Of a stretch of 64,000 nucleotides of DNA, positions 62,394 through 64,000 are shown piece by piece (position 1 is the stretch's first letter; each line of letters opens with the position of its first letter). Both the position numbers and the translations under genes were made by a program. The DNA is taken from contig NC_091282.1 of the NCBI RefSeq assembly GCF_032444005.1, positions 783,060,001-783,124,000 of the forward strand. Reading direction: 5' to 3'. The DNA comes from Ranitomeya imitator. Taxonomy: Eukaryota. Below the pieces are notes generated by a model. The model searched no databases, was not told where the DNA came from, and saw nothing but the letters and a program-made list of their open reading frames with translations.

Positions 62394-62478
62394 GTTTAGA
62401 GAGCGGGTGACACACAGTCAGCGGGAGCTGATGGCTGCCGGATTCCAGGATGATGTGTATAGACATCACTATGAGACA
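62394..62478 (+). CDS. OTUB2: OTUB2 coding exon
   Basis: 85 nt, FRERVTHSQRELMAAGFQDDVYRHHYET, compare human FKERVLQTPNDLLAAGFEEHKFRNFFNA. Confidence 0.93.
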
Positions 62479-63065
62479 GTAAGTCTGAGCCGGGAGGGAG
62501 AGGAGGGGGATGCAGCTTCAGTCTGAGACTGCATGCTGGCAGGGGCGAGATCTGATTGGCTTAGAGCTCACACCTTTCCAAACTTAGAGAAAATAAACAT
62601 TTAAAGGTGTTGTCCAGAATTGTAAAAAACACAACCGCTTTCTATCCTAAACAGCGCCACCTCCATACACAGGATGTATGATATTGCAGCTCAGTACTAT
62701 TCCCCTTAATGGAGTATTACCACAATACCGCACACAGCCTGCAGACAGATTTGGCGCTGTCTTTGGAAGAAAGCTGCCACGTTTTTCTAATCCACCTCCA
62801 GAGAAGCCCGAGGATGGATAATGGCTTTTTCTTTATTACAGAATTAAAGTAACTTTCATTTAAAGATCTCTGCTTGCTGTCAGTGAAAGGAACATTTGAT
62901 ATTTCAACAGGACGAGGTTTCAGTCTTTGGACATAAAGAATAAAGAGTGCTCCTGTTCTTTGACAGGAAATAGAGATCCTGAAAACGACCAGTGGTTAGA
63001 AGACTAGGTTATTAGGAAAGTTGCAAAAATTTGCATCATTTAAAGATTGAAAACTTTTTACTTAA

Positions 63066-63377
63066 AGGAACTCTGTCACCTGAATTTGGAGGGAACAATT
63101 TTCAGCCATAGGGGTGGGGTTTTTGGGTGTCTGATTCACCTTTTACTTACCCGCCGGCTGCATGCTGGCTGCAATATTGGATTGAAGTTCATTCTCTGTC
63201 CTCTGTAGTACATGCCTGCACAATCTTGCCTTGCACAGGCGTGTACTATGGAGGACAGAGAATGAACTTCAATCCAATATTGCAGCTGGCGGGTAAGGAA
63301 AGGGTGAATCAAACACCCGAAAACCCCGCCCCTATGGCTGAAAATTGTTGCCTCCAAATTCAGGTGACAGAGTCCCT
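63066..63377. mobile_element. Kolobok/T2-type MITE
   Basis: TTAA|aggaactctgtcacctgaa...ttcaggtgacagagtccct|TTAA. Confidence 0.88.
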
Positions 63378-63595
63378 TTAACCTGAGTGCTGATGGGTTA
63401 GGCTGGGTATCTTGTAGGCAGCTGGAGATGCTGGGGGTAGTTGTTCCAGGGCAGGTAGAGCAATCATATGTTAATAGTGTTTTGCATTTCCCCTTTAAGA
63501 GTGGCAGTGGGCAGTATAGCAGGAGATGGTTGGGGTCCTGAACCCCTGCAGCCAAGATATTGCCTCCTGTAACATGTGCTCTGATCTCTCTCAAG

Positions 63596-63820
63596 TTTCT
63601 CAGCCTTGTAGATGTGGCAGCGGGCGAGGTGATGGCCGAGAGCAAGGCAACGGAGGAAGTGACAGCAAGCAACCTCCTGACAGCGTTCAACCATCCCTAC
63701 ATCTCAGACAGCGCCGTCCGGTACCTGAGACTCGTCACCTCCGCCTTCCTCCGCAGCAGAGCTGACTTCTTCCAGCCGTTCTTAGACCATGTCGGCAGCA
63801 TGGAGGACTTCTGTACTCAG
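63596..63820 (+). CDS. OTUB2: OTUB2 coding exon
   Basis: 225 nt, ...LLTAFNHPYISDSAVRYLRLVTSAFLRSRADFFQPFLDHVGSMEDFCTQ, compare human ...FLRLLTSAFIRNRADFF...DFCTH. Confidence 0.93.
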
Positions 63821-64000
63821 GTCTGGCTTTTTTTACATGTGGTGGTGGAGGGGGGGGGTGTTGTCTTTCTTGATGGCAGATGTCAAAGGATAGGACAGAT
63901 GGATTGTGATATGCCCAATCCTTTCAGTGGTGCCTGACACCATCTTACTCCCCTTGTCCCATCCCTTTCATCTGCAGGATCTATAATATACAGCAGATAT

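Noticed and set aside
63961-64000. Acceptor-like tctgcag near the window end as the last OTUB2 exon
   Set aside because: Phase-0 reading gives GAT CTA TAA (stop) and no EVEPM-like sequence; the real exon is outside the window.

Overview
This is vertebrate genomic DNA, most likely an anuran (frog); that call is inferred from the repeat landscape and gene content. It carries the conserved ASB2(-) / CCDC197(+) / OTUB2(+) block. ASB2 is partial: three coding exons plus the alternative alpha N-terminus, with the rest left of the window and the non-coding exon 1 not located. CCDC197 is complete: nine coding exons, 1152 nt, 383 aa, a CCDC42/CFAP73-like coiled-coil protein. OTUB2 has four firm coding exons and two candidate ATG exons; its last exon lies beyond the window. 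Most of the remaining sequence is repeats. There are three DD34E Tc1 families (two copies with intact ORFs), non-autonomous Helitrons, PIF/Harbinger-, Kolobok/T2-, hAT- and piggyBac-like elements, a V-SINE and LINE tails. There are also two Penelope-type hammerhead motifs, many minisatellites and a 210-N gap. I found no evidence for a wholly new multi-gene system. The best leads are a divergent OTUB2 active-site loop, a full-length CCDC197 with an RFX promoter, decayed hammerhead ribozymes, transposon-borne CTCF motifs and an 8.7-kb nested transposon stack.
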